Source of the DNA: a virus
Virus record (IMG/VR): IMGVR_UViG_3300037761_000323
Direction: 5' to 3' (one strand)
DNA length: 45,917 bases
In this document: positions 38,501 to 45,917 of the stretch, piece after piece
Layout of the letters: every line of letters begins with the position of its first letter
Numbering within the stretch: position 1 is the first letter of the stretch
Made by a program: the position numbers and the translations under genes
Notes under the pieces: generated by a model
The model's database searches: none
The model's input: the letters and a program-made list of their open reading frames with translations, nothing else
Told to the model about the DNA's origin: nothing

Positions 38501-41500
38501 CGTCGAGCTCACCGCGGATGGGACCCGGAAGCGCCTTGAGGTCGGCGTTGCTCAGGTTCCCCCGCGGCGTCGAGCCGAAGAAGAGCTTGTGCATGGCGTG
38601 GCCCGCCTCGTGACCGAAGACGGGCACGTCGCTGATGTCCACCTGGCGAATGACTTGCTGGCGTGCCTTGAAGATCCCGAGCGTCTGGAGGAGGGGGTTC
38701 CTGGAGCGCGGGACGCGGCCGGTCGCAACCTTGAGGCCGAGCGCGGGCATCGCCTCATCCATCGCCTCGCCGAGCTTCCCGATGATCTCGACGGGCGAGA
38801 CGAGATCGGCCCGGATCGCCTGCGGGTTCTCGTAGAACTTGCCGGCCGAGGGGAGGCGCTCGCCGGCCTGCGCCGTGGGCGCGAGCGCCCTCGTTCCGAC
38901 CTCCTCCGGGTCGATGCGCCGCTCGAGGACGTTGAACGTCTCGGCCGCCCGGCGAGCTCCCGGCGACGGGCGATAGCGGCCCATGCCGACGAAGCCGAGC
39001 CCCGCCCCGACCGAGGCGCCCAGGAAAGCCCCGAACGCCGGGGAGAGCCCCACCTCGTCGGCCACGGCCGCGCCGCCCGTCGCTCCGATCGCCGCGCCAG
39101 CGAGCGGGCGCAGGAGGGCCGGGTGCAAGTAGCCGAGCCGCTGGCCTTCCGTCTTGATCTTGGCGATGAGCTCGGGGGTGAGGCGAACCCCGAGGTTCGT
39201 GACCGGGGCCTCCCACGTTTGGATCTCCCTGATCTCCGGGTAGAGCTCGATGCGCTGCTTCCAGGCCTCGAGCAGCTCGGGCGTCGCGAACAGACCTTGT
39301 TCGTCGATCGTCTTCTGGATCGCCGCGGGGCCCGAGGAACCCTCGACGACGTAGCGCCTCACCTGGTTCGCCATGAACCTGATGCGCGTCGCCAAGTCCT
39401 CGACGCCGGCGGGCTCGCGGGGCTCCATGCCGAGCAGCTCGACCGCTTCTTGTGTGTTGTTGACCAAGCGGTTGAGCGCCCTCGCCTGATTTTCGGGGAA
39501 GCCCTGCGTGGGGCGAGTCGTCGTCGCACTTTCCACCCACTCGTCCCCCACCAGCACGCCCACCTCCGATACCCGGAACGGCTCGATCTTGGCGTCCAGC
39601 TTGAGGCTGCGCAGATATTTCCTCACGACGCCCGTGTAGATCACGTCGTAGTACTGCTTCATCGCGTGGCCGCCGATCTGCACTCCGCGATCGAACTCGA
39701 GGCGGAGCAGATCGTCAGAGGAGCCTTTCCCGCCGACGCCACGAACGAAGGCGTCGACCTCATCGAGACGGTCGACGATCTGTGTGAGGTTCACCTCGTT
39801 GTATCCCGTCTCCACCTCGACCCGGTAGCCGATCTCCTCAACCGGAAGGCCGAGGATCCGGAGCTGATTCGTGAAGGCGAGGTTGGCCGCCTCCTGGTCA
39901 ATGAGGACGGTGGACCGCCAGAGGACGTTGGCGTCCCCCTCGTCCACATGCCCAGCGGGAAGGTGGTAGATGTTGAGCTCGAGCGTCCCCCCCTCCGTGG
40001 GCTCCCGGATGGCGAAGTACCGATCTCCGTTCGGCGCCTCGTAGTCTGCCCGCATTTCGTAGCCGTGGCCTCCTTGCCGGTAGGTCTGCTCCCACCGAAA
40101 GCCGCCCGTCGCCTGGCTGACCTCGATCACTCCCACGCCCTCGAAACGGCCGTGGACCCTATCCGCACGACCGAGGGCGAGGCGGTCCAGTTGCTCGGTT
40201 CCGCCGTTCCACTCGATTTTGGCCGGAGGACCTTCAACTGGCGCCTTGGCGAGGAGCTCCTCGGCGACGTCGCGGCCGAGCAAGTCGTTGAGCGAGCCGC
40301 GCCCGTCGACGGTCGCGATCTGCTCGGTCGCAACCTGGTTGCCCTTGTACGCCCTGAACGCCCGGGTGCGCTGGTTGAACTCGACGCGGGTGACTCCATA
40401 GCGGGCGAAGTTGTAGTTGTCGGCCGCCTGCTGCCCTGACACCCACGTCATTGCGTCCGCGCCTTCCTCAATGGCCTGCCAGAGCGCCCGCTTGACGTTC
40501 ACGAGCGTCCAGTCCTCCGTGGACTTGAAGGGCACGTCCGGAGCGAGGTTGTTGTTCCGGAGCGCCATTTCCTTCGCGGCCGTCCCGGCGTGACCGTGCG
40601 CCCGGATCCGGCCCTTCCCGTCGACGACGATCCATTGCCAGGTCCCGGGGTCCGGCTGGTTCTGCATCCCAGGCGGAAGCTCGCCCCTCGCGACGTAGGG
40701 AGCCGCCCGCTCCGCAACGCCCTCCCCGTAGAACCGCGTCGCGATCGCCATGGCGTCGCGCTCGAGCTCGACCGGCCGAACCACCCACCCGGCCGGGAGC
40801 CGGTCGGGCTTGTAGCCCTGCTCCCGGCCCTGTTGATGGAGGTCCGACTGGCTCTCCTCGACGTGGTAGACCTCGAGGCCGTCGAAGGTGTCTCGGATCT
40901 TAGCCCGCGAGAAGGCAAAGGGGTCGCGCTCAGTGTGGTGGCCCTTGAAGCCGTGCTCGCCCTCGTCGATCTGCACGATGATCTCGTGGTAGTCCCTGCC
41001 GCCCGGCTGCGTCCATTGCTCGTATCCCGCCGCCAAGTCGGCGCCACCCTCCTCCGCCTCCTCGATCTGCGCGCGCAGGCTCGATATGTCGTTGTGCAGC
41101 TCGTCGATCGTGTCCTGAGTCTCTCGGGCGTACGTCGCGAGGTCGCGCCAGCGCTGCACGGCATCCTCGAGGCCCGATCCGTCGTCGAGATCCCAGCGCT
41201 CGAAGAAGGTGTCGTCGCCGATGGTGTCCCTGACTTCATCGCGGATGAGCTCCATCGTGCGCGTGGAGCCTCTCTCGTTATCAGCGCCCTCCTCGGCGAG
41301 CTCCACGATCCTCGCGTTGAGCTCGTCACGCTGCTTGTCGCTGAGGAGCCCACCTTCCTCCCGGAGAGCGTCGTCGAGCTCCTCGACGTAGCGGCTCGCT
41401 CGGTCCTCGGCCTCGAGGCGCACGTCCGAGTGAGCATCCCCACCGCTCTCGTAGTCCTCGAGCCGGATCTCCATGTCGCTGAGCTCTTCCTGCCGGGTCT

Positions 41501-44249
41501 CGAGATCGCTTTGCAGATCGGCGAGGGCGTCTTGGTCGATGTCTTCGTCCCCCGCGCGGACAGACTCCGTGATCCGCGAACGGAGCCCCTTCTCTTCGAC
41601 GATCTTGGCGACCTCCTCCTTCGTGAACGTCTGGCGGAAGTCCTCGATCGACGGGTCCCATATCGCCTCCAGGATCTCCTTCTCCTGCTCCGTCGAGATC
41701 CGGCCCCTGTTCACGAGGTTCCGCGCGGCGATGTTCGGGCTGGTCCATTGGCCGCCCACGGACTGGTTCTGCATCTCCTCGGCCACCATGTCGACGAGGT
41801 GGCCGTTCTCCAGGAGCCCCGTCCCACGTAGGCGAGCTGCCGTCGCGGTCGTGCGCCGATAGTCGGTCGGCCTGGCAGGCGTGAGGCCCCGCGCAATCGA
41901 GTCGAGCTCGTCCTGCGTGACGCCCTTGTTCTTGAGGTAGGCGAGCCATCCCTCGCCACTCTGCCGGGTAGGCGCCTTGGGCTCCTCGAGCGCTCGAGTC
42001 GCCTGCGAGTAGTAGCGCCCCTGGAGCGGACCCCGCCCGGACGTGGCGAAGCCAGCCTGCCCGGGCGTGATGCGGTTGATCCTTCTCGCGAGGCCAGGGA
42101 GGCCGAGCGCGACCGCTGCCCCGACGAGCGCACCTTGCCCGGCCGTCACTTCCTCGGAGGGACCGCCCACCACAGCTCCGCCCGCGGCGCCGAGCGCCGC
42201 TCGACCGAATGGGCGAGCTGCCGCGGCCGCGGCGATCTCTGCAAACGAGCGGCGGGCCTCCTCGGTGCGTGCACGCACCGGCTCAGCCTCCGGCGCCTCG
42301 GCGCCCAGCTCGGCGGGTCGAGCTGCCTCCGCTGATGGGGCCTCCGCTCGCGCCGCTGGCGCCCCTGGAGCCTCGAGGACCTCGGGCGCCCTCCCGGCAG
42401 GCGTTTCCCGTGAAACGCCTCCTGGGGCCTCCTGGCGCGTCGCGAGGTCTCGAGCCCTGAGCTTGCCCGAGGCCTTCTTCGCGGTCGCGGCCGCTTCGTC
42501 CGCCGCGCGGAACGTCTCACCCACGCCGAACCGAGCGCTGAGCGTGAACTCGGTCCCCTCGATCGGCCGCTCGCCGAGCGCGTCCTGGACGGCCTTGCCG
42601 AGCCTCGCGCCCTCCCCCTTCGGCGCGGCGATCACGAACTCGTCGCCGCCGGCGCGGAAGAGCTGGCGCTGCTCGAGGCCGAGACGCTGCATGATCTTCC
42701 CAACCTCGCCGAGGATCTCGTCGCCCGCCTCGAGGCCGTGCGCGTCGTTGACGGCCTTGAAGTTGTCGAGGTCGACGATCACGAGCTCCGTGTTCGGGTC
42801 CGCGTCGAGGCGCGACTTCGCACGGCTGAAAGCGGTCTGATTGCGGAGGCCCGTCTTCGGGTCGGTGTATGCCTCTTCGAGCTCCTGACGCACGGACGGA
42901 TCGGCTGCCTCGGCGATGCGCCGCCGGATCGTGCGTTGTTCCGGTGGCGGTGCAGACGGTTGCACACCCTCGGGCGCGGCCGCGTCCGGCGCGCGCAGGC
43001 GGTCCTGCTCGGCGCCGAACGCCTCGAGCGCGGCCTGGCGGAGGTTCGGTGGGAGCTCCTCGATCGCCTGCACCATCGCGGGCGCCGGCGTGCCAGAGAA
43101 CTCGGCCGCGGCCGCCATGCGACCGAGCCGCTGCGCTCGAGGAACGGCGCGGCGGCGTCCGAGCGCCTCGAGCCCCTCGCCGAGCCCTTGGCCGAGCACC
43201 CATCCCGTGAGGACCTCGTACGTGCCGCGCGACACGGCATCGCTCGCGACGTCGGCGAGCTCCTCGTCGCCGGTGAGCATCGCCAGCGCACCCGACATCG
43301 ACTCCTCTGCGCCGGCCTGCGAGATCACGACGTCGATCGGAGCTCCGGTCAGGAAGTTTTGGGCCGCCCGCTGCGCGAGGCCCTGCGGCCGTGCGAGGAA
43401 GTTGAGGAACCGCCCGGTCCCGCCGGCGGCCTGCGCCGCTTGAGCTCCCCTCGAGGCCAGCGCACCGGGCATCATGAAGAGCGCACCCTCGCCGGCGAAC
43501 TGCGTCCCGATGTTGGCGGCCAGCCCGAGTCCCGTCTCCGGCTCCGGGTACTCCTCGCGGGCGAGCTCCCTCGAGGCGCGCACGTTCGCCGCGCGCCGGT
43601 CGGTCATGTCGAGCTGCTCGCCCTCGGGATCTGCGATGCGCTCCGCGAAGGGCCGGCGGGCCGCTCGTTCCCCCCTGCCACGCGGCGGGAGCGTCTCGGC
43701 GAGGCCGAGCGCCGTGCGGTGGCCCACCTCCGACGCACCTCGACCGACCTGGCCCGGGATCTCGGGCACGCCCTCCATGAGGCCGAGCATGGCGCGCTCG
43801 GTCGGGCTCAGGAAGTCCTCCCGCATCGAGGGACGCGGCGCCCCGTCCTGCGCGACCTCCTCCTCGTCCTTGCCGAAGATGGCCTCGTAGCCGAGCTGTA
43901 CGGTGCGCCCGACGCCCTTCACGCCTCGAGCGACGCGGCCGAGTACTCCGGGCGGCTGCTCAGGACCGGCAGGCGGCTCGGGCTGGAGGCCGGCGGCCCC
44001 AGGTCCGGGACCACGCGCTCGAGCCGGCCGCCCGGTCGTGTCGGGCGGGGGGGCGGGCCCACGCGCTCGAGCCGGTGGTGCCTCCGTTCCAGCCGGAGGC
44101 GGAGTCGTTCGGCGAACGGGCGGAACCGTCTCAGGCGGAGCCTCGATCGTCTCCGCGGCGGGCTCAGTCGTTCCGCGTGCAGCTCGGACGCGGGCGAGTG
44201 TGCGCTGCCGCCTGATCCGCGCGAGGAGGTCCTCTTGCGTCGTGCCCAC
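35529..44249 (-). CDS. Giant 2906-aa multi-domain (polyvalent-type) virion/ejection protein with GGDEF and HExxH modules.
   Basis: Single uninterrupted ORF. GTG at 44249 directly follows the upstream TAA. It occupies the last ejection-protein position of a P22/T7-like layout. Order of parts: Pro/Ala-rich N-terminus, GGDEF domain, two glycine-zipper hydrophobic patches, HEAGH motif, then a long helical C-terminal region. Confidence 0.85.
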   Translation of the reverse strand: MGTTQEDLLARIRRQRTLARVRAARGTTEPAAETIEAPPETVPPVRRTTPPPAGTEAPPARARGPAPPPDTTGRPARARGPGPGAAGLQPEPPAGPEQPPGVLGRVARGVKGVGRTVQLGYEAIFGKDEEEVAQDGAPRPSMREDFLSPTERAMLGLMEGVPEIPGQVGRGASEVGHRTALGLAETLPPRGRGERAARRPFAERIADPEGEQLDMTDRRAANVRASRELAREEYPEPETGLGLAANIGTQFAGEGALFMMPGALASRGAQAAQAAGGTGRFLNFLARPQGLAQRAAQNFLTGAPIDVVISQAGAEESMSGALAMLTGDEELADVASDAVSRGTYEVLTGWVLGQGLGEGLEALGRRRAVPRAQRLGRMAAAAEFSGTPAPAMVQAIEELPPNLRQAALEAFGAEQDRLRAPDAAAPEGVQPSAPPPEQRTIRRRIAEAADPSVRQELEEAYTDPKTGLRNQTAFSRAKSRLDADPNTELVIVDLDNFKAVNDAHGLEAGDEILGEVGKIMQRLGLEQRQLFRAGGDEFVIAAPKGEGARLGKAVQDALGERPIEGTEFTLSARFGVGETFRAADEAAATAKKASGKLRARDLATRQEAPGGVSRETPAGRAPEVLEAPGAPAARAEAPSAEAARPAELGAEAPEAEPVRARTEEARRSFAEIAAAAAARPFGRAALGAAGGAVVGGPSEEVTAGQGALVGAAVALGLPGLARRINRITPGQAGFATSGRGPLQGRYYSQATRALEEPKAPTRQSGEGWLAYLKNKGVTQDELDSIARGLTPARPTDYRRTTATAARLRGTGLLENGHLVDMVAEEMQNQSVGGQWTSPNIAARNLVNRGRISTEQEKEILEAIWDPSIEDFRQTFTKEEVAKIVEEKGLRSRITESVRAGDEDIDQDALADLQSDLETRQEELSDMEIRLEDYESGGDAHSDVRLEAEDRASRYVEELDDALREEGGLLSDKQRDELNARIVELAEEGADNERGSTRTMELIRDEVRDTIGDDTFFERWDLDDGSGLEDAVQRWRDLATYARETQDTIDELHNDISSLRAQIEEAEEGGADLAAGYEQWTQPGGRDYHEIIVQIDEGEHGFKGHHTERDPFAFSRAKIRDTFDGLEVYHVEESQSDLHQQGREQGYKPDRLPAGWVVRPVELERDAMAIATRFYGEGVAERAAPYVARGELPPGMQNQPDPGTWQWIVVDGKGRIRAHGHAGTAAKEMALRNNNLAPDVPFKSTEDWTLVNVKRALWQAIEEGADAMTWVSGQQAADNYNFARYGVTRVEFNQRTRAFRAYKGNQVATEQIATVDGRGSLNDLLGRDVAEELLAKAPVEGPPAKIEWNGGTEQLDRLALGRADRVHGRFEGVGVIEVSQATGGFRWEQTYRQGGHGYEMRADYEAPNGDRYFAIREPTEGGTLELNIYHLPAGHVDEGDANVLWRSTVLIDQEAANLAFTNQLRILGLPVEEIGYRVEVETGYNEVNLTQIVDRLDEVDAFVRGVGGKGSSDDLLRLEFDRGVQIGGHAMKQYYDVIYTGVVRKYLRSLKLDAKIEPFRVSEVGVLVGDEWVESATTTRPTQGFPENQARALNRLVNNTQEAVELLGMEPREPAGVEDLATRIRFMANQVRRYVVEGSSGPAAIQKTIDEQGLFATPELLEAWKQRIELYPEIREIQTWEAPVTNLGVRLTPELIAKIKTEGQRLGYLHPALLRPLAGAAIGATGGAAVADEVGLSPAFGAFLGASVGAGLGFVGMGRYRPSPGARRAAETFNVLERRIDPEEVGTRALAPTAQAGERLPSAGKFYENPQAIRADLVSPVEIIGKLGEAMDEAMPALGLKVATGRVPRSRNPLLQTLGIFKARQQVIRQVDISDVPVFGHEAGHAMHKLFFGSTPRGNLSNADLKALPGPIRGELDDLSKGISDESLAEGWAEFWRRYLDNPDVLPREAPNTLRFVEERLEGFPELRASWQNARADWTRYRESDALSRVWSKISVGDRDAPALSIEERWSRARTIVLDDMEPVRRLVEKIREGVGVEDFADEADSLARLSRGSVGVGMHVLEHGMIDFRTLRKIGPGLKQIIAPVVEDLDDFRIYMVARRAQELHGRDKLTGFRNEDVDASVRQLDAQHGDRFTEAFKGVQEWNEGLLKYLRDSGVISSDSYDAILELNQSYVPFYRVREGGSAGGLGETYGHLFSPIKRLKGSGLDVIDPLESLAKNAMVYTQIAQKQQVSRALASLANKPGVGSVLEKLGSPIKRVELTLGEIEKQLAEILPGSDELLARVRRLAQERYDAATAGMTPGEILTSGITLDDPAEEVLAFFRPGDYMGKPNVISVLQDGRRAWYEVDKELYAALEGLNTEQLDGWARWLGIPARTLRAGATLAPEFLIRNPLRDQVMAFIQSEYGYVPGVDMARGIFELFRRGEAYQQWLSAGGYRAALTSLDRKSMQNAVTNLVEGGGIRNVLKTPFDALQALSALMEDATRMGEFLNARAQQHAFGGAHGFKGRVQLALGKGAKGPYAKETLQQAALASREVSIDFARHGAKTAAIRNLSAFWNARLQGYERMARAAHEDPVGFTAKAFAIITVPSLLEYYSNMDDPDYWEKAQWERDLFWHFRIGDDWVVVPKPFELGLIFGTLPVRILDSAIKGPGGGHELRAFLEEFAGGQVSGLLPSPTAIEPLIENAVNYSFFLRRPIVPESEEEVRVQYQAGPYTSEVAKMLARWTHRIPIASEFIGSPREIDNLLFAWTGGLGRVATELADPLLEGRLPFTSGDVPPIGGRATDVPGIRGVLDPQAGFNSESIARFYQVYEEARVATSSLRYLERSGNVEAYEAELADPAFSDLRQREPTLRAAAADLAELRAQVEAIRRDQEMSPEDKRAAVDALGRVARELAQSALGRELPGGGG
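38598..38612 (-). other. HExxH zincin motif (HEAGH), residues 1880-1884 of the giant protein.
   Basis: The context is VPVFGHEAGHAMHKLFFG. Confidence 0.6.
42462..42866 (-). other. GGDEF (diguanylate cyclase-type) domain, residues about 462-596 of the giant protein.
   Basis: TDPKTGLRNQTAF...VIVDLDNFKAVNDAHGLEAGDEIL...LFRAGGDEFVIAAP...LSARFGVG...ADEAAATAKKASGK. The GGDEF codons are at 42636-42650. Confidence 0.85.
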
Positions 44250-45524
44250 TTACCGGGGCCCCGCGTTCTCGATGAGCTCGGCGATCTCCTCGTCCGTCGC
44301 GTCCGGGTTGGCCTCGATGATCTTGGCGATCTCCTCGTCCGTAGGCTCCCGGGACGCGCCAGCGGCCGACGAGGTGGGGCGTGGCCCGCTGCCGACGCCC
44401 GTGAGCCTGAGCGCCCGCATTTCCTGTTGGAGCTCGTCCCCGCTCTCGAAGCCGAAGAGCAGGAGTGTGTTCCGGATCTGATCCTCGAGGTAGCCGGCCG
44501 GAAGACGACCACGCTCAAAGGCGTTCATTTCCCGGACCTGGTTCCGGATCCGGTCGATCGCCGTAGATGCCGCGCGTGCCAGCGTGCGGCGCGTGACCTC
44601 GCCCGTGATCCGTCCATCCCCACTCGTCGCTCCAGTGCGGGAGGCCTCCGCCATCGCCTCGCGCCATGCGATCGCGGCGACCTCTCCCTCGGGCGTGTTC
44701 GGGAAGTCGCGGCCCATGACCGTGATGTTGTCCGCGTCCTCGTCGGGGAAGAGCACGCTCCCGGGCACCTGGCCGACGAGCTCGGCGAGCACCTCGGGCG
44801 ACGTCTCTTCGCCGCGCTGGAGGGCCCCCAGGGCCGTCTCGAGGCGGGCGCGCTCCTGCCGGTCCCGCTCCGTCTCCCGCTCCTCTCCGCGGACCTCCCT
44901 CGCCTCGCCGCGCTCTTCGCCCCGGACGGCCGTGGCCTCGGCTCGGGCCGCCGGCGTCGCCGCGCGGTCGATGTAGAGATCCTCCGTCACCTGCTCGAAG
45001 CCGGGTCGGGGGCGCTGGCGCTGGACGGCGTTGCGCCGCCTCGACTCCTGCACGAGGTCCTGGTCCGTGATCGCGCGCTCGGTGAAGCCGAGGCCCTCCA
45101 CCCACGCACCAGGGAGCGCGAGGATCTGCGGCTCCGGCGGAGCGCCCTGCATCTGGATCTGAGTGAGCGCGTCTTGGGCGGGAGCTCCGGACGGGGCCAT
45201 ACCCATCCCCGCGCCCCGGAAGATCGAGGGCGCCTCGTGCTCGGTGCGCTCCGAGGCCATCCCGAACTCCGCGCCGGCGAAGATGTCCTCGTCCGGCGGG
45301 ACGGGCTCGGTCGGCCCGCGGCCGCGGCGCACGCCCGCCTCGTGGAGCTCGATCTCCCGGTCCTCCGCCTCCCGGGCACGCTCCTCCGCGAGGAGCCGCC
45401 GCTCCTCTTCCTCGCGCCGGACCCCCGTGAAGCCCGTCGCCCCCTGCGTCGCGATGTGGCTGAGCGCATCGAACACCCCGGGGACCGGGGTGAAACCAGG
45501 ATCGCGCGGGCTGTAGCGTGCCAT
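44250..45524 (-). CDS. 424-aa ejection/internal virion-type protein.
   Basis: ATG at 45524 preceded by GAGGAGACAACC. Charged coiled-coil-like middle region. Lies between the junction gene and the giant gene. Confidence 0.6.
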   Translation of the reverse strand: MARYSPRDPGFTPVPGVFDALSHIATQGATGFTGVRREEEERRLLAEERAREAEDREIELHEAGVRRGRGPTEPVPPDEDIFAGAEFGMASERTEHEAPSIFRGAGMGMAPSGAPAQDALTQIQMQGAPPEPQILALPGAWVEGLGFTERAITDQDLVQESRRRNAVQRQRPRPGFEQVTEDLYIDRAATPAARAEATAVRGEERGEAREVRGEERETERDRQERARLETALGALQRGEETSPEVLAELVGQVPGSVLFPDEDADNITVMGRDFPNTPEGEVAAIAWREAMAEASRTGATSGDGRITGEVTRRTLARAASTAIDRIRNQVREMNAFERGRLPAGYLEDQIRNTLLLFGFESGDELQQEMRALRLTGVGSGPRPTSSAAGASREPTDEEIAKIIEANPDATDEEIAELIENAGPR

Positions 45525-45534
45525 GGTTGTCTCC

Positions 45535-45917
45535 TCAGCCGGTCGCCAGCGCTGCACCCGCGCCTACGGGCCCGCCGGCGATGAAGCCACCCACGCCACG
45601 CGCCAGCGTGCCGAGTGCGCCGAAGAGGCCGCTCCGGCTCTGTGCGCGCTGGCGGCGGCGCTGCTCCTCCTCGAGGAAGCTCGCGTCGCGCTCGGAGCCG
45701 AGGATCTCGAGGCCGCGCCCGGTCTGACGCTCACCCATCCCGCCGAGCTCGCCCGCCGCCTGGAGGTTGAGCCCCTGCGCCTGGAGCGCGTTCTGGCTGA
45801 GCGTGCGCCCGAGATCGCGGAGCGAGCCCTCGTAGAGCTCGTCCTCGTCCTCGAAGCCGAAGCCCGCGTTGATGCGGCCGCGCCCGACCTGGCTCCCGCG
45901 GAGGTCCCGGATGTTCC
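45535..45917 (-). CDS. 3-prime part of the junction-spanning 212-aa gene.
   Basis: Same frame as the 383->1 segment. Ends ...SGLFGALGTLARGVGGFIAGGPVGAGAALATG (GxxxG-rich, membrane-insertion-like). TGA at 45535-45537. Confidence 0.8.
   Translation of the reverse strand, partial: NIRDLRGSQVGRGRINAGFGFEDEDELYEGSLRDLGRTLSQNALQAQGLNLQAAGELGGMGERQTGRGLEILGSERDASFLEEEQRRRQRAQSRSGLFGALGTLARGVGGFIAGGPVGAGAALATG
45791..45917. repeat. Right copy of the 127-bp terminal direct repeat.
   Basis: Identical to bases 1-127. Confidence 0.95.

Noticed and set aside
35529-44249. The giant protein, considered as an N4-like virion RNA polymerase or as a tape measure protein.
   Set aside because: I could not find single-subunit RNA polymerase motifs. 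The composition is not tape-measure-like, and no tail tube or chaperone genes are present. This is negative evidence by eye only.

Overview
The window is one complete, very GC-rich dsDNA phage genome (roughly two thirds G+C or more by eye, not computed). Bases 1-127 are identical to 45791-45917, and one minus-strand gene closes only across that junction. The unique genome is therefore 45,790 bp and circular or circularly permuted in the assembly.

I can support about 66 protein genes, most joined by 1-4 nt ATGA/GTGA/TAATG overlaps, in four blocks:
- Block 1: a ~32-kb minus-strand block running 21634->1 and on through 45917->34999. It carries a TerS-like HTH, accessory genes including an FkbM methyltransferase, and TerL. 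Next comes an accessory island (basic micro-ORF, Acb2/Tad1-like hairpin protein, RyR-domain protein, two glycosyltransferases, TM protein, LuxR-type HTH, Tat-signal micro-protein). It ends with portal, scaffold, major capsid, adaptor/tail genes, three ejection-type proteins including a 2906-aa giant, and a holin.
- Block 2: plus strand 21712-25090, small early-type genes and a VRR-NUC nuclease.
- Block 3: minus strand 32277->25058, with M15 endolysin, Rad52-type annealase, ParB-like protein, small Cys4 proteins, a P/E-repeat protein and a SAM methyltransferase.
- Block 4: plus strand 32348-34997, DUF932 plus small genes.

The gene order, and the absence of tape-measure, tube and sheath genes, indicate a short-tailed P22/T7-like layout. 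I recognised no tRNA, rRNA, CRISPR array, integrase, repressor, DNA polymerase or RNA polymerase.

The most interesting observations are:
- A textbook GGDEF (diguanylate cyclase) domain and an HExxH zincin motif sit inside the 2906-aa ejection-type protein.
- The scaffold and the major capsid protein share a hydrophobic N-terminal leader ending LLALPxLxGDT.
- A TM protein / LuxR-HTH / Tat-exported micro-protein trio lies directly upstream of the portal gene.
- An Acb2/Tad1-like hairpin protein sits next to a RyR-domain protein, plus a sugar-modification gene set, all inside the packaging/morphogenesis operon.
- A 13-14-nt leader word, CCCCTCGGAAGGA(G), occurs five times.

All functional calls rest on motif recognition by eye and gene position. 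No database search was possible.
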